NCBI GenBank assembly: GCA_951406725.2
Contig: OX597815.1
Span: 46,686,001 to 46,750,000 of the forward strand
Reading direction: 5' to 3'
Length of the DNA: 64,000 nucleotides
Source: Octopus vulgaris
Taxonomy: Eukaryota
Both the position numbers and the translations under genes were made by a program. The notes below the pieces were generated by a model, which saw only the letters and a list, made by a program, of their open reading frames with translations, was not told where the DNA came from and did not search any database. Positions 26,251-38,462 of this stretch are shown in pieces. Each line of letters starts with the position of its first letter. Position 1 is the stretch's first letter.

Positions 26251-26467
26251 TGTGTGTGTATAGGCAAATCAGAAGACATGCTTTCGCACACTTCCCGTTC
26301 AACAGTTTCTCCAGCAAAACATTGTTCAGCCCCAAGAAACTTGCCGAAGAAGATGCAATGCTGTAGAACTGAACACGTGGCCATAAAGCAAACGTTTTAA
26401 TCATATAAGTCATGCATCCTTGTGCGAGTGCACGCAAAAATCACATTTAGAAGTGCCCTTAAGGAAT

Positions 26468-26508
<41 letters not shown>

Positions 26509-26714
26509 TAAGGAATACATCTTTTAACAAAGTAAACAACAGATTGTACGATGCGCCGCATCGATAAATCAAAGGTAACATAAGCGATAACATAACAAAC
26601 GGCAAACAGGACAGAAACAAGATATACGGATCATTCGTAGCAGATTTCCTCATCAGGCGGTTTCTGGAAAGTCATAGTTTCACACCCCTACACTATATAT
26701 ATATATATATATAT

Positions 26715-26915
26715 ATAGGGAGAATTCACCCCCCCCCCCCCCAAAAAAAAAACAAAAAACAAAAGGCGAAGACAGGTGGTGCAGACAACAAACAGATGTA
26801 TCAGTATAATGCTCGGGAAGTGAAAAAGTCTTTGACGTTTCGAGCCTACTCTCTTCCGCAGAAAGGAACACAGAAAGAGACAAGGAGAGAAAATAAAGAA
26901 TGTGTAGTGGCTAGC
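26715..26915 (-). mobile_element. Related hammerhead-like short element (H2) with degenerate core
   Basis: Minus strand 26865-26830 reads CUUU-CUGCGGA-A-GAG(AGUAGG)CUC-GAAAC-GUC^AAAG. Downstream CTTCCCGAGC resembles H1 CTTCCCTGAGC. Flanked by (TA)n. Confidence 0.5.
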
Positions 26916-28350
26916 GCGCGTGTATATATATATATATGTATATATATAAAACCGATAAATTTCAATATGATGCGTGAAGTAACCATGTCCGACTTGAGAA
27001 AAAGCTTATCATGAGCGTATGTTGGCTATTATTCCTCTCACCCTCGTGTCAAAGAAAAGAAATCATTAAGAAAATCATGCTTAGTGGTACTGTACTGGCA
27101 GAATCGTTAGCAGGCCCGACAAAATGCTTCACGGCATGTCGTCCATTGTTACGTTCAGAGTTCAAATTCTACCTACGTTGACTCAGTCTTTCATTTTTTT
27201 CGGGGCCGATAAAATAAGTATCAGTTAAACACTGGGGACGATGTAATCGATTAGCCTCCCAACTAGTAATATTATTAAGGCGGCGATTTGGCAGAACCGT
27301 TAGTACGCCGGGCAAAATACTTAGCGGCATTTCATCCGCCTTTACGTTCTGAGTTCAAATTCCACCGAGGTCGACTTTGCATTTCATCCTTTCGGGGTTA
27401 ATGAAATAGGTAGCAGTAATCAACTAGTCACCCTGTCCATAAATTTCAGGTTTCGTGCCTAGTAGAGTAGAAAGGGTCATTATGATCCGCCGAGGTCAAC
27501 TTTGCCTTTCATCCTTTCTGGGTCGATAAACTAAGTACTAGTTAAGCAGTGAAGTCGACGTAATCGACTTAACCTCTCCTCTGAAACTGCTGGCCTTGTG
27601 CCAAAATTTGAAATTATCATTATTAATACTATTGTTTCTTTGGTTTCAGTAATTATTGAAGGAGTTGGTCAATAGAGTGTTGGGGGAAGTGCAGCGAGGG
27701 TGAGAAGGTTTAAATAATTAGAAATGACAAATAAGCACTTAACGATATTGTCGACGTTGCTGCTACTGCTGAGTGTAGTAATAGAGGTGGATTGAGGAGG
27801 AAGTGCGGGAGAAGGGAGTAGGAAGAGAAGGAAAAAATGATGGGGAGAGGATAGGGGTTAGTTAATCTCATGAGACCTCCATTCCAGCCCGCCGCTGCTG
27901 CTGCTGCTGCTGCCCTCCACTCCGTAACCCAGTTTCTCCATATTGTTTTTAGAAACCAAAACAAAGTCCAGGGGCCGTCAGTGCTTTATATCCAAGGCTC
28001 GTGTGTTTGTGTGTACGAATGACTGTGCATATTGTGTGAGTGCGTGTTATATGCATATGCGTGTTATACACGCATATGTACAAAAATACATCACTTCTAT
28101 CATGTATATTCGTGTGTATGTGCGAACCCTCAAAAGCATTTATTATTACACATTATATACATTATATGAAAATGTATGTATACCTACATATATCTACATA
28201 TAAACATACAAAATATAACAGATTATGTATCAAATATTTCTCTCTTACACATACACTCAAACATATACCCACATGAATATAAACATCTATCTATATGTAT
28301 GTATGCGTAACCACGTGAATAGTTGGCAATCCCCCACGTCTCCCTTTTTT

Positions 28351-28582
28351 ATTGGACTTTCCTCTGTCCCCTGTTTCTGAAGAAGAGCTTTGCTTGAAAC
28401 GTAAAACCACCTTTCTTTCCTTCCCTGAGCGTCTGCTTATATATATATACCCATATATACACAAACAAATGTATACATATATGTACACATACGTACACAC
28501 ATTTATAAATATACATACACACATACACAAGTGTGTATATTATATGCATACATACACACATCTATACACGCGTGTGTGTGTG

Positions 28583-28623
<41 letters not shown>

Positions 28624-28757
28624 GCATACATACACACATCTATACACGCGCGCGCGCGTGTATATATATATATATATATATATCTAGTGTCCAATAATAC
28701 TATACTTGTTCCACGTCCTCGCGTTGTGTTTTCTCTTTGTGTTTTCATGTTTGGATC

Positions 28758-28762
<5 letters not shown>
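28351..28762 (+). mobile_element. Hammerhead-bearing short element (Penelope pLTR/retrozyme-like, family H1), interrupted by a microsatellite-rich insert at about 28434-28687
   Basis: Colinear with the reverse complement of 44890-45010 (…CCTTTCTTTCCTTCCCTGAGCGTC|CAATAA(C/T)ACTATACTTGTTCCACGTCCTC…GTTTTCATGTTTGGAT); both copies run into (TA)n. Confidence 0.6.
28373..28407 (+). ncRNA. Minimal type-I hammerhead ribozyme motif
   Basis: GUUU-CUGAAGA-A-GAGC(UUU)GCUU-GAAAC-GUA^AAAC: intact core, stem II 4 bp, stem I 4 bp, palindromic ACGU mini stem III, extra A between A9 and G10.1. Confidence 0.65.
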
Positions 28763-28818
<56 letters not shown>

Positions 28819-29459
28819 TACATATGAGCGTTGTATGTATTTGCATGTTTAATTGAGAGTTTGTATGAATTGTAGCATACACAAACACTTATACAGCTAA
28901 TGTTCGTCCCCGTGCGGGCGTGTGTATGTCAAATGTGAACATAATTTAACGTATCACTGTCTTTCAAACTAGGTATTTTACAGCTGATAAATCCGCTTCA
29001 CATTCTCTATCATTTAGAGACATTAGTAATTATTTCACCTTCACTCTTTCTCCCCGTTTCTCTTTGCCACACACACACACACATTTATCAGTTCCCTCGC
29101 TACGTATAACTGGATCTGTTATTATCTCAATTTGCCTGTCCCAACTAGCATTACTAGTGAGATGTTTATCAACCATTCCACTGCAATAACAATCGCCAGA
29201 TAGCGATATCTATGCTGTAAAAACTCACAGCCAATTTCACTATGTTCAAATTGGAACCCCTACCATCTTACTATCTTGTAGTGACTAATATATGTAACAA
29301 AAAAACAAAAAAAAAACAAACATGAACAAACAAATATTACGCACCAACTGCTCCAAAAAGAGTTATATCCCAGTTTTCTGTTCTTAGATTTTTAAGCTTC
29401 CCCGGATGAAATTTTTGTCTACTAATCGTTACTCTCATTTAGCTACTGTAGCAGTAGAT

Positions 29460-29763
29460 AACGATAAACGTCACCCCTTTCAAGCATAGCAAGGCTCATG
29501 GGCCCGGTTTCCCGGTTTCTGTGGCGCATGTGTTCCACCCAACTGGACGGGACGCCAGTCCATCGCAGCGTTATTCAACGAACAGGAGAGAAAGTTGTGG
29601 CGAAAGAGTACAACAGCGGTTGCCACCACCCCCTGCCGGTGCCTCGTGGAGCTTTCAGGTGTTTTCGCTTAATAAACACACACAATGTCCGGTCTGGGAA
29701 TCGAAACTGTGTTCCTCCAACCGCGAGTCCGCTGCCCTAACCACTGGGCCATTGCGCCTCCAC
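29460..29763 (-). mobile_element. SINE family C, tail type 3
   Basis: Same head; tail CTGCGATGGACTGGCGTCCCGTCCAG…GAAACCGGGAAACCGGGCCCATGAGCC. Confidence 0.7.
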
Positions 29764-30989
29764 ATTGTAGCAGTAGAAGCGTTTTAGAAATAGATATTTT
29801 CAGTTACTTTGGTCATTGGCTCTTAACGCTCAGCTACAACAATATTTCCGGCGAGATGGCAGAATCTTTAGCATGACGGGCAAAATGCTTAGCGACATTT
29901 CGTCCGTCCATAAGTTCTGAGTCCGAGGTCGACTTTGTCTTTCATCCTTTCAGAGTCGATGTGATCGACTTAACCCCTTTCCCGAACTTGTTGGCCTTGT
30001 GCCAAAATTTCAAGCCAATCAATTGATTTATTATTAACGATTTCTATCATCATCAACGTCCCTCTTCCATAGTAACATGATTTGCGGACGGTTTGACAGA
30101 ATCTGACGAGTCCAATGACAGTATCGTGCTCCACTGTCGGCTATGACATGGTTTCTACAACTGGACACACTAAGCACTTTATATATGTATGCATGTACAA
30201 CAGACACACATTACGATGGACTTTCACACAGTATCCGTCTTCCAAATTTACTCACGATCATGAGTGTAATACCCTAACCACTAAGCTACGCGCCTCCACA
30301 TACATACATATATACATACAGTTAAGCGCTTCATAGATAAGAAACCCATACTCACTGACCACTCATAACGTCTTATGTGTGTGTGTGTGTGTGTGTGTAT
30401 ACACAGATTTGCGCGCATGCACGATGTACAGGGACATTAAGAATGCATTGCTAAAGAGACGAAAGCTTAATATGTTTGTAGAGTAAAGACTCATTGAGTT
30501 CGAAGGTTCAATACTTCATAATGGGCAGTAGTTACTTTGTAGATTGGGATAGACTTGCTGGTCTGATGATTATATAAATGAGAGAGAGAGAGAGAGGTTG
30601 AATCTGAAGTACATAAACCTTATAGCATGTTAATATTAGGTTAAGAGACCCTTAGGATACAAAATGTCGAAGGTTGCCAGTGAGCCTCGAATTCACATGT
30701 TCTGCAACCAAGACCGAAGTCCTATCACTAGACGATGCTATTTACACGCTATCATTTATTGGTTTATTTACCTTGAGTTCGACTGTTATAAGTGAATTAT
30801 TTTACTTTCCAAGTTTCTAAACTTATAACGTAAACATATATATATATATAATGAATATACGTGAAAGGCGTATTATAGACACAGACAATGCTGAAACCAG
30901 GTACCTAGAATTCATAGTCGAACGAAGCGAGACGGTCTCCACAACAAGATCAAAACAAAGGAGCTGACTATAGGTCGTGTGTTGGTTTG

Positions 30990-31045
<56 letters not shown>

Positions 31046-34000
31046 TACATACAGACACATTCACAAACGAACACACGCACTGAGTCATTTATTACTCAAC
31101 ACCAAAACAAAATGTCATGTTGTGAGCAGAAAAGGGGTTAGTTAGTTGAAGCGATTTTTATATAACGCTTAAACAAATAGCCCGAGAGAAAGAGTGAAGT
31201 GAGAGGAGACAGAGACGGGTTAGCGAGGGATCCAGGATGACAAACAAACATGCAAGCAGTAAATGAATACAAACAAAATAATAAAGAAAAGAAACAAAAC
31301 AAAAAGAAAACTATTATATGGAGATTCTGTACTATGACTAGAATCTGACCGAATATTCGAATGTGCAACGTCCAATATGGACACAATTTCATTTGAAAAC
31401 GTCATAATATCTTTGCAAACAGTATGCTATTATTATATATCGCGACATCAAGCTGGGGGAAAATGAGAGGGAGAAGTAGGGAGATGGGTAGATCTAGTGA
31501 ATTAGATAGATAGGCGATAATTATAATTTGGACTGAATTATAAAAAATTTCAAAGCTCAAACGAGATTATGCGGTAAGAAGCTTACTTCCAACCACATGG
31601 TTCCGGGTTCAGTCCCATTCGTGGCATCTTGGGCAAGTGTGTTCTGCTATAGCCTCGGGCCGACCAAAGCCTTGTGAGTGGATTTGGTCGACGGAAACTG
31701 AAAGAAGCCCACCGTATATATGTATAAATATACACGCGTCATTGTGTTTGTGTTTGTCACCTTGCCCATTGCTTGACAACCGTTGTTGGTGCGTTTACGT
31801 CCCCGTAACTTAGTTGGTTTGCAAAAGAGACCCACACAAATAATACGGTGCTTAAAAAAATAAATACTGGGGTTGATTCGTTCGACTAAAATTTTTCAAA
31901 TCGGTGCCCCAGCATGGCCACAGTCTAATGACTGAAATATGTAACAGATAATAAATATCAATATCGATGACTTCGTGAAAGTCAAGTTCAATAGGAAAAC
32001 TTCCTGATTAAAATCATTCCGGACTAAATAGGCAAATCTCCATCAAATCACATCCTACTGCCATAAAAAGGACAGACAAAAAGTTCTGTACTCAACTTTT
32101 TTGAAAGGCATTATGGGTAATCGTTATGGAATGTTAATCCCAATATCGCGTTAAAACTGATACCTTCGAGAGAGAAAAAATGATGAACGCAAACTTTTTT
32201 GAATTCAAAGACCATACTTAACTGGGAAGCAAGAAAGAAAAGTTCCATTAGAAAGATGTTCTGAAGGAAAAAAAAGTACTTGAGCAGAAACACTTCCTTG
32301 CAAAAAAGGGGACAAAAAAAAATGAAAGGACGAGAATTTGTAAAGAAAAAAAAAAAAAAAAGACACGATAACCTTAGAGACAACGCAAGGCAGACTTTCA
32401 ACAAAGACTTCCATAGAACAATTTATGAATGTACGCGCATGATTAACAAATATTTTCACCGGCAGCGTAGCGACGGTTACGACCTAGTATATATATATAT
32501 AACAATTACGACTTCCAGTCATAGGTTGCTCTATCACAATGAATCTTAACTAAAGAAGTAGTAACCCTCTTGGAGGCACTGGTGAGCTTACAAAGAGGCG
32601 TTTGGTACTCAAAAGGAATGTGATTTTTCTAAAGTAAAATCCTAAAATTAGGTAGAAATACTTATATTTTAAATACATTTTAAAAAATCATTATCGGGAT
32701 TCAGAAATATGTGAACAGAAATATGATATTGTGCCACGAATCGATATTATTTTGTTATGTAATTTTAACTGGAAAAAACCTAGGGTGCGATTTAAATACG
32801 GGACAAGGCTAAAACTATGAAGGGAAAGCATTTTGTACCAAGAGTTAACACGAAATTAAGAATGCGGTTTATACACGAGTAAATGCGTTACGTAATAATT
32901 TTAGTTAGAAGTAATTTTATTAAAAAAAAAAAACAACAGGAAGGGGCTACTAATCCTCACAAATACCTAAAAAGAAGCCCTAGCTGAATGGGATGGTGTA
33001 AAGAAATGTGGATAGTAAACCACGGCGAGCTGGCAGAAACGTTAGCACGCCGGGCGAAATGCTTTGCGGTATTTCGTCTGCCGCTACGTTCTGAGTTCAA
33101 ATTCCGCCGAGGTCGACTTTGCCTTTCATCCTTTCGGGGTCGATAAATTAAGTACCGTTGCGCACCTGTTTGTCCTCTCTGCTCCTTGTGGGTAGTAAAG
33201 AAATAGGTATTTCGTCCGTCTCTACGTTCTGAGTTTAGATCCCGCCGAAGTCGATTTTGTCTTTCATCCTTTCAGGTTCAATAAAATAAATACCGGTTGA
33301 GCACTCGGATCAATGAAATCGACTTGCCCCCATCCCCGAAATTGCTGGCCTTGTGCCAAAATTTGGAAGCAATATTAGCTACAGTTTCATTAAAATATTC
33401 CGGTATTTTTTAAGACTTGTACAGGAGTGATAACGCCACGAAAGTCCAAGAACGACTGGTATTTCATAATTGACCAAAGGTGTGTGTGCGTATGAGAGAG
33501 AGAGGGGGAGAGAGGGAGAGAGAGAGAGAGAGAAAGAGAGAAGAAACAAAAACATCAGTGCTTTATTTGTTTCTTATTTCTTTTTCTCATTCGACAGACC
33601 GTGGAAAATTCTTCGCCAGAGTTGTTATAGCTGTCCACGCATGCATGAGCACGACAGAATGAGCGTGTGATTCTGTGAAATGTCACATTTGCGGTATTAG
33701 TCGTTATTCTCACATTGTACAAATTCCACACTCATGCGCGGGCGCGCGTTTGTGCGCGTGTGCGTGCGTGTGTGCCCGTAAGCATGCATGTTACTCGTAC
33801 ATTTGGGTATGTACATTCAATTATGCGCGTGTGTGTCTATGTATTTTTGTGTGTTAGAATATATTTTTTGTGTTGGACGCACTCGAATAATCTAAAAAAA
33901 CGTGTGTGTGCTCCAGCATGGCCGCAGTGAAGTCACTAAATTAGTTTCAAATTTTGACACAAGGCCAGCAATTTCGGGGGGAGAGGGTTAGTCGATTATA

Positions 34001-34198
34001 CACCGACCCCCACTGCTCAACTGGTACTTATTTTATTGACGCCGAAAAGATGAAAGGCGAAATCGATCTCAGCGGAATCCGAACTTAGAAATATGTGCCC
34101 TACATTAAGAAAAAACATTCTTTGTTTCATGAGGCACCGCTTTGAAAAGTTTAGCCATCAATCGACCCCATTACTTTTAAAACTTATTTCATCGGTAT

Positions 34199-34590
34199 AG
34201 GCGTAAGAGTGACTGTGTGGTTAGTAGCTTGCTTACGAACCACATGGTTCCGGGTTCAGTCCCACTGCGTGGCACCTTGGGCGAGTGTCTTCTACTATAC
34301 AGCCTCGGGCCGACCAAAGCCATGTGAGTGAATTTGGTAGACGAAAACCGAAAGAAGCCCGTCGTATATATGTATGCGTGTGTGTGTGTGTCTGTGTTCG
34401 CCCCCCACCCCCAACATCACTTTGCAACCGATGGTGGTGTGTTTACGTCCCCATAACTTAGCGGTTCGGCAAAAGAGACCGATCGAATAAGTACTAGGCT
34501 TACAAAGAGTAAGTCCTGGGGTCGATTTGCTCAAGTAAATGCGGTGCTCCAGCATGGCCACAGTCAAATGACTGAAACAAGTAGATGAGT
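34199..34590 (+). mobile_element. SINE family A copy
   Basis: Head, internal (TG)n and tail all present. Confidence 0.8.
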
Positions 34591-34902
34591 ATCCTTTTGT
34601 CCAAAGACTAAGTTACGGGGAGATAAGCCAATATACATTGTGAAGCGGCGAGACAAACTTTCTCCGCCTCTTTCGCTTACTTTCTCTCATATATACACAC
34701 ACACAAACAAGGGAAAGGGCTTCTGCGCGTAAAGCTTTTTTTCATGTCCTGTACTTATTTTATCGGTATCTTTTTGTCCAAACGCTAAATTACTGGGAGA
34801 TAAGCCAATACTCACTGTGAAGCGGAGAGACAAAAACTTTCTCCGCCTCTATCTCTCTCACACGCACACACACACACAAGGAAAAGCGACTCTGCGCGTA
34901 AA
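34590..34902. repeat. Local tandem duplication (period about 175-180 bp) of a diverged SINE A-derived fragment
   Basis: GGGAGATAAGCCAATA…GTGAAGCGG…ACTTTCTCCGCCTCT…CTGCGCGTAAA occurs at about 34618-34733 and 34795-34902. Confidence 0.75.
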
Positions 34903-35351
34903 CTGTCAACCAAATTCATTCAAAAAAGACATTGGTAAGACTAGGGCTAGTAGAAAACATTCGCATCAAATGCCGCGCAGTGCAACTGGAACGGTAACCA
35001 TGTGGACGGACGCCAAGCAAACTTGTCAGTCAACCAACCACACACGCTTGTATCAAGACTTTCGTGCGTGTGTGTATGTCATTAAAACACGAGCATGTGC
35101 GCGATATTTCCAGGAGCATGTGCGTAACAATCCGTTAAAAGGAGTATGTGTTCGTGTGCGTATTAAAATATATACATGCACATTCCGTTTATAAATGACT
35201 GCATGTATATCCCGTTCAATTAAAATGTGTGTGTGCGTCTGTGAGTACAAATCAGACACATGCATGTGCATACATTAAAGACCAATATTTTTTTAGCTTA
35301 TCGAAAAATATATACATTGCATTAGAATTAAATCTACACACACACATCTGT

Positions 35352-35572
35352 CGGCAGAAGCGTTAGCGCGCTGGGCGAAATGCTTAGCGGTATTTCGTCT
35401 GTCATTACGTTCTGAGTTCAAATTCCGCCGAGGTCGACTTTGCCTTTCATCCTTTCGGGGTCGATAAATTAAGTACCAGTTACGCACTGGGGTTGATGTA
35501 ATCAACTTAATCCCTTTGTCTGTCCTTGTTTGTCCCCTCTATGTTTAGCCCCTTGTGGGCAGTAAAGAAATA
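35352..35572 (+). mobile_element. SINE family B monomer (tRNA-like head, central GAGGTCGACTTTGCCTTTCATCCTTTCGGGGTCGATAAATTAAGTACCAG domain resembling the Meta/MESC SINE core, tail TTTAGCCCCTTGTGGGCAGTAAAGAAATA)
   Basis: Other copies: 4560-5510 cluster(+), 5960-6100(-), 7815-8030(+), 8984-9160(-), 15683-16075(+), 19125-19600(+), 27090-27620(+), 29848-30015(+), 33023-33370(+), 33945-34090(-), 48635-48780(-). The core-domain name is from recall and is unverified. Confidence 0.8.
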
Positions 35573-35914
35573 TATATCTATCTAGAGAGACAGAAAGGGA
35601 GAGAGAGAAAAACTATTCGCTAAACGGAGGCGTTTGGTGGGTAATAATCAAAAGTTAGGAAGGAGGGAGAATTTGTAAAAATATTAACTTCGAAAAAATT
35701 TGCCAAGGAGAGAGTTCATAAACTTCCTCGTCGAAATCAAAAATCGGAGGAAATTATCAGAAAAAAAAAATAGTGGGGGGGGGGGGGGTACAGCCGGTTG
35801 AATATTGCCGTCCGACGAGAGAAGAGCTCTATGCGCGCGCGTATGTGTGTAGTAAGTTTGATAAGTATCATGCACAGAAATGCTTTGGAGTCAGTTATAT
35901 AATTTTCTAGGGAT

Positions 35915-35956
<42 letters not shown>

Positions 35957-35957
<1 letters not shown>

Positions 35958-36150
35958 GTTCCTTTATTGGCCACACAGGGCTGCACACAGATGGGACAAG
36001 TTACAAGGTAGAGCTTTTCTTTTGGGGGATGAAAAAAAGGGGGTGGCGTAGGTTTTCGATCAAGAGGGATCGTAAAAGGGAAGAAAAGAACAAAAAAAAA
36101 TGAAAATAATAAATAGAATAAAAAATAAAAAGAATAAAAGAAAAAGAAAA
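35957..36150 (-). mobile_element. Non-LTR retrotransposon-like 3' end inserted in a (GATA)n array
   Basis: Unique sequence ending CAGCCCTGTGTGGCCAATAAAGGAACT, flanked on both sides by (GATA)n (35916-35955, 36151-36178). Confidence 0.5.
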
Positions 36151-36640
36151 AGATAGATAGATAGATAGATAGATAGATGGCAGGACAGACATGCAGACAG
36201 ACGGATAGGCAGACAGGTGACGGTCAGACGGACAGTCGGAGAGACACGGGGAAATGGACAAACGGAGAGGCAGACGGAGAAATAGACAGAGACGGAGACA
36301 GACCAGACAGAGAGACAGACCAGACAGAGAGACAGACCAGACAGAGAGACAGACCAGACACAAATCCAGGCAGAGAGAGAGAGAGAGAGACAGACAAACA
36401 GCCGGAGAGACAGACAGACAGTGGGAGAAACAGACAGACAGACAGTCGGAGAAACAGACAGACAGACAAACAGTGGGAGAAACAGACAGACAGACAAACA
36501 GTGGGAGAAACAGACAGACAGACAGACAGTCGGAGAAACAGACAGACAGACAGACAGTCGGAGAAACAGACAGACAGACAGACAGCTGGAGAGACAACCA
36601 GAGAGACAGCTGGTTATATAAACAGACAGACAGGCAGGCA
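36151..36640. repeat. (GATA)n grading into (AGAC)n with higher-order 24-28 bp units
   Basis: Units (AGAC)n-AGT(C/G)GGAGAAAC repeated at 36415-36570. Confidence 0.85.
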
Positions 36641-37315
36641 TAGAAACGGCTGGAACGATACACATGCACAAACGGCTATATAAGAATGAATGGAACAGCA
36701 AGTTGGACAGAAACGAAAAGAAAAAAAAAAACCCAGGCAGGCAGCGAAGCCAAGGCAAGGAAGCTTGGCCTAGTCTGGTTGTTGGTGTATATATGTAAAA
36801 TGTGTGACATTGAAACAAGTCTAGAAAGGTGGCAGTACGTAAAATAAGTGCTATCGGCAAACAACCTGAGCTGAATGAATGTCAAGTCAGAGAAATGACA
36901 GCAGACAGACAGACAGACAACCATTACAAACAAGCAACCGTTTCATTGTAAGAAATGCAGGCTTCACAACATACGCAACATACATTTATTTAGACGACAT
37001 AGCATAAAACTATTGTTTGCGTGTGTGCGAAAGCACATGGAAGTAGGTATGTGACCAAATGCGCATGTGTTGGTGGGTGCGTGCGCGGGCGGGCGGGCGT
37101 ATGTTTATCGTGCAAAGTGAGTGGGTAATGTGTATATATATATATATATATTCAAACACTATAGATATGTATACACACACATTTTCAAATAATACATACC
37201 TTTTAGATTATTGGAGCGCATCCAACACAAAAGTATGCCCCCCCTCTCTCTCATAAACATACACGCGCGTATTATTGCATATACACACCCAAACTAAGCT
37301 TCCATGTGCTTGTGT

Positions 37316-37370
<55 letters not shown>

Positions 37371-37472
37371 CGCACATACATGTGTACATATATGTGTGTA
37401 TGTATGTATGTACATATACATTTATATATATATGCATAAATATATGTGTGTATATATATATACACACACATT

Positions 37473-37512
<40 letters not shown>

Positions 37513-37641
37513 CATTTGTAAATATATATGCATGAGTGTGTATTTATATAGTTAACAACTGCCTTACCTTTAAGTACCTTATTCAACTCAATCTTGAGAT
37601 GTTTGTAAATGTGTATACATGCCCCCCCCTCTCTCTCTCTC

Positions 37642-37700
<59 letters not shown>

Positions 37701-38462
37701 TGTAATGTATTGGTGTGTATGTTATACATGCATAATATGAGTATATGTGTGTGTGTGTCTATACACACACATATGCTTATATAAAAGTGTATATGTCTCT
37801 GTCTCTCTTGCTCTTTATCTGTGTGTGTGTGTGTGTGTGTGGTGCTGGCGAAAGACAACTATCTGAATTGAGAAAAATCATTTTGGAAGGAAAGTAAACC
37901 CCACAGAATCTTCATCTTCATAGTATGAATGCCAACCAAATTTGTAGCATTGTCATAGACCCATGGAAAACTAAGATAAGCTTTATGCAGTGACTCACCC
38001 AGCTGAGAACTCTCCTGCATATCAAATCAAAGTTGTTTATACAAATATATACCATATATTAGCTTCATCACAGGATTCTCCAATAATCCAGAGCTTGTGG
38101 GCAGTGATGCGATGATCTGGGTCAAATGTGGTAAACATACACAATCAACTGTGGCCATCCTTTTATATGGTCATATTTAAAATGCTTTGTTTCACAACTG
38201 CATGGTTTCTGGTTCAATCTCCCAGTGCAGCATCTTTGGTAAGTGTCTTGTAGTACTATAGTACAAGTTTGACAAATACTGTATAAGTGGAATTGGTAGA
38301 ATGGAAGTTTGAATGTAAACCCGTCTCATGCATTTGGCCTCCATCTATCACCATGCACCTTATCTGTCCTACATCATATCTCTCTATTTCTCATCTTTTG
38401 TGTTTTATTATACTGTTGTGCCCTAACCTCTGCTCCTTACCTTTTTATGTACAGCTACCAAC

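Noticed and set aside
36001-36860. Overlapping ORFs of 81-266 aa (CLSV/RQTD repeats)
   Set aside because: Translations of the (AGAC)n repeat.
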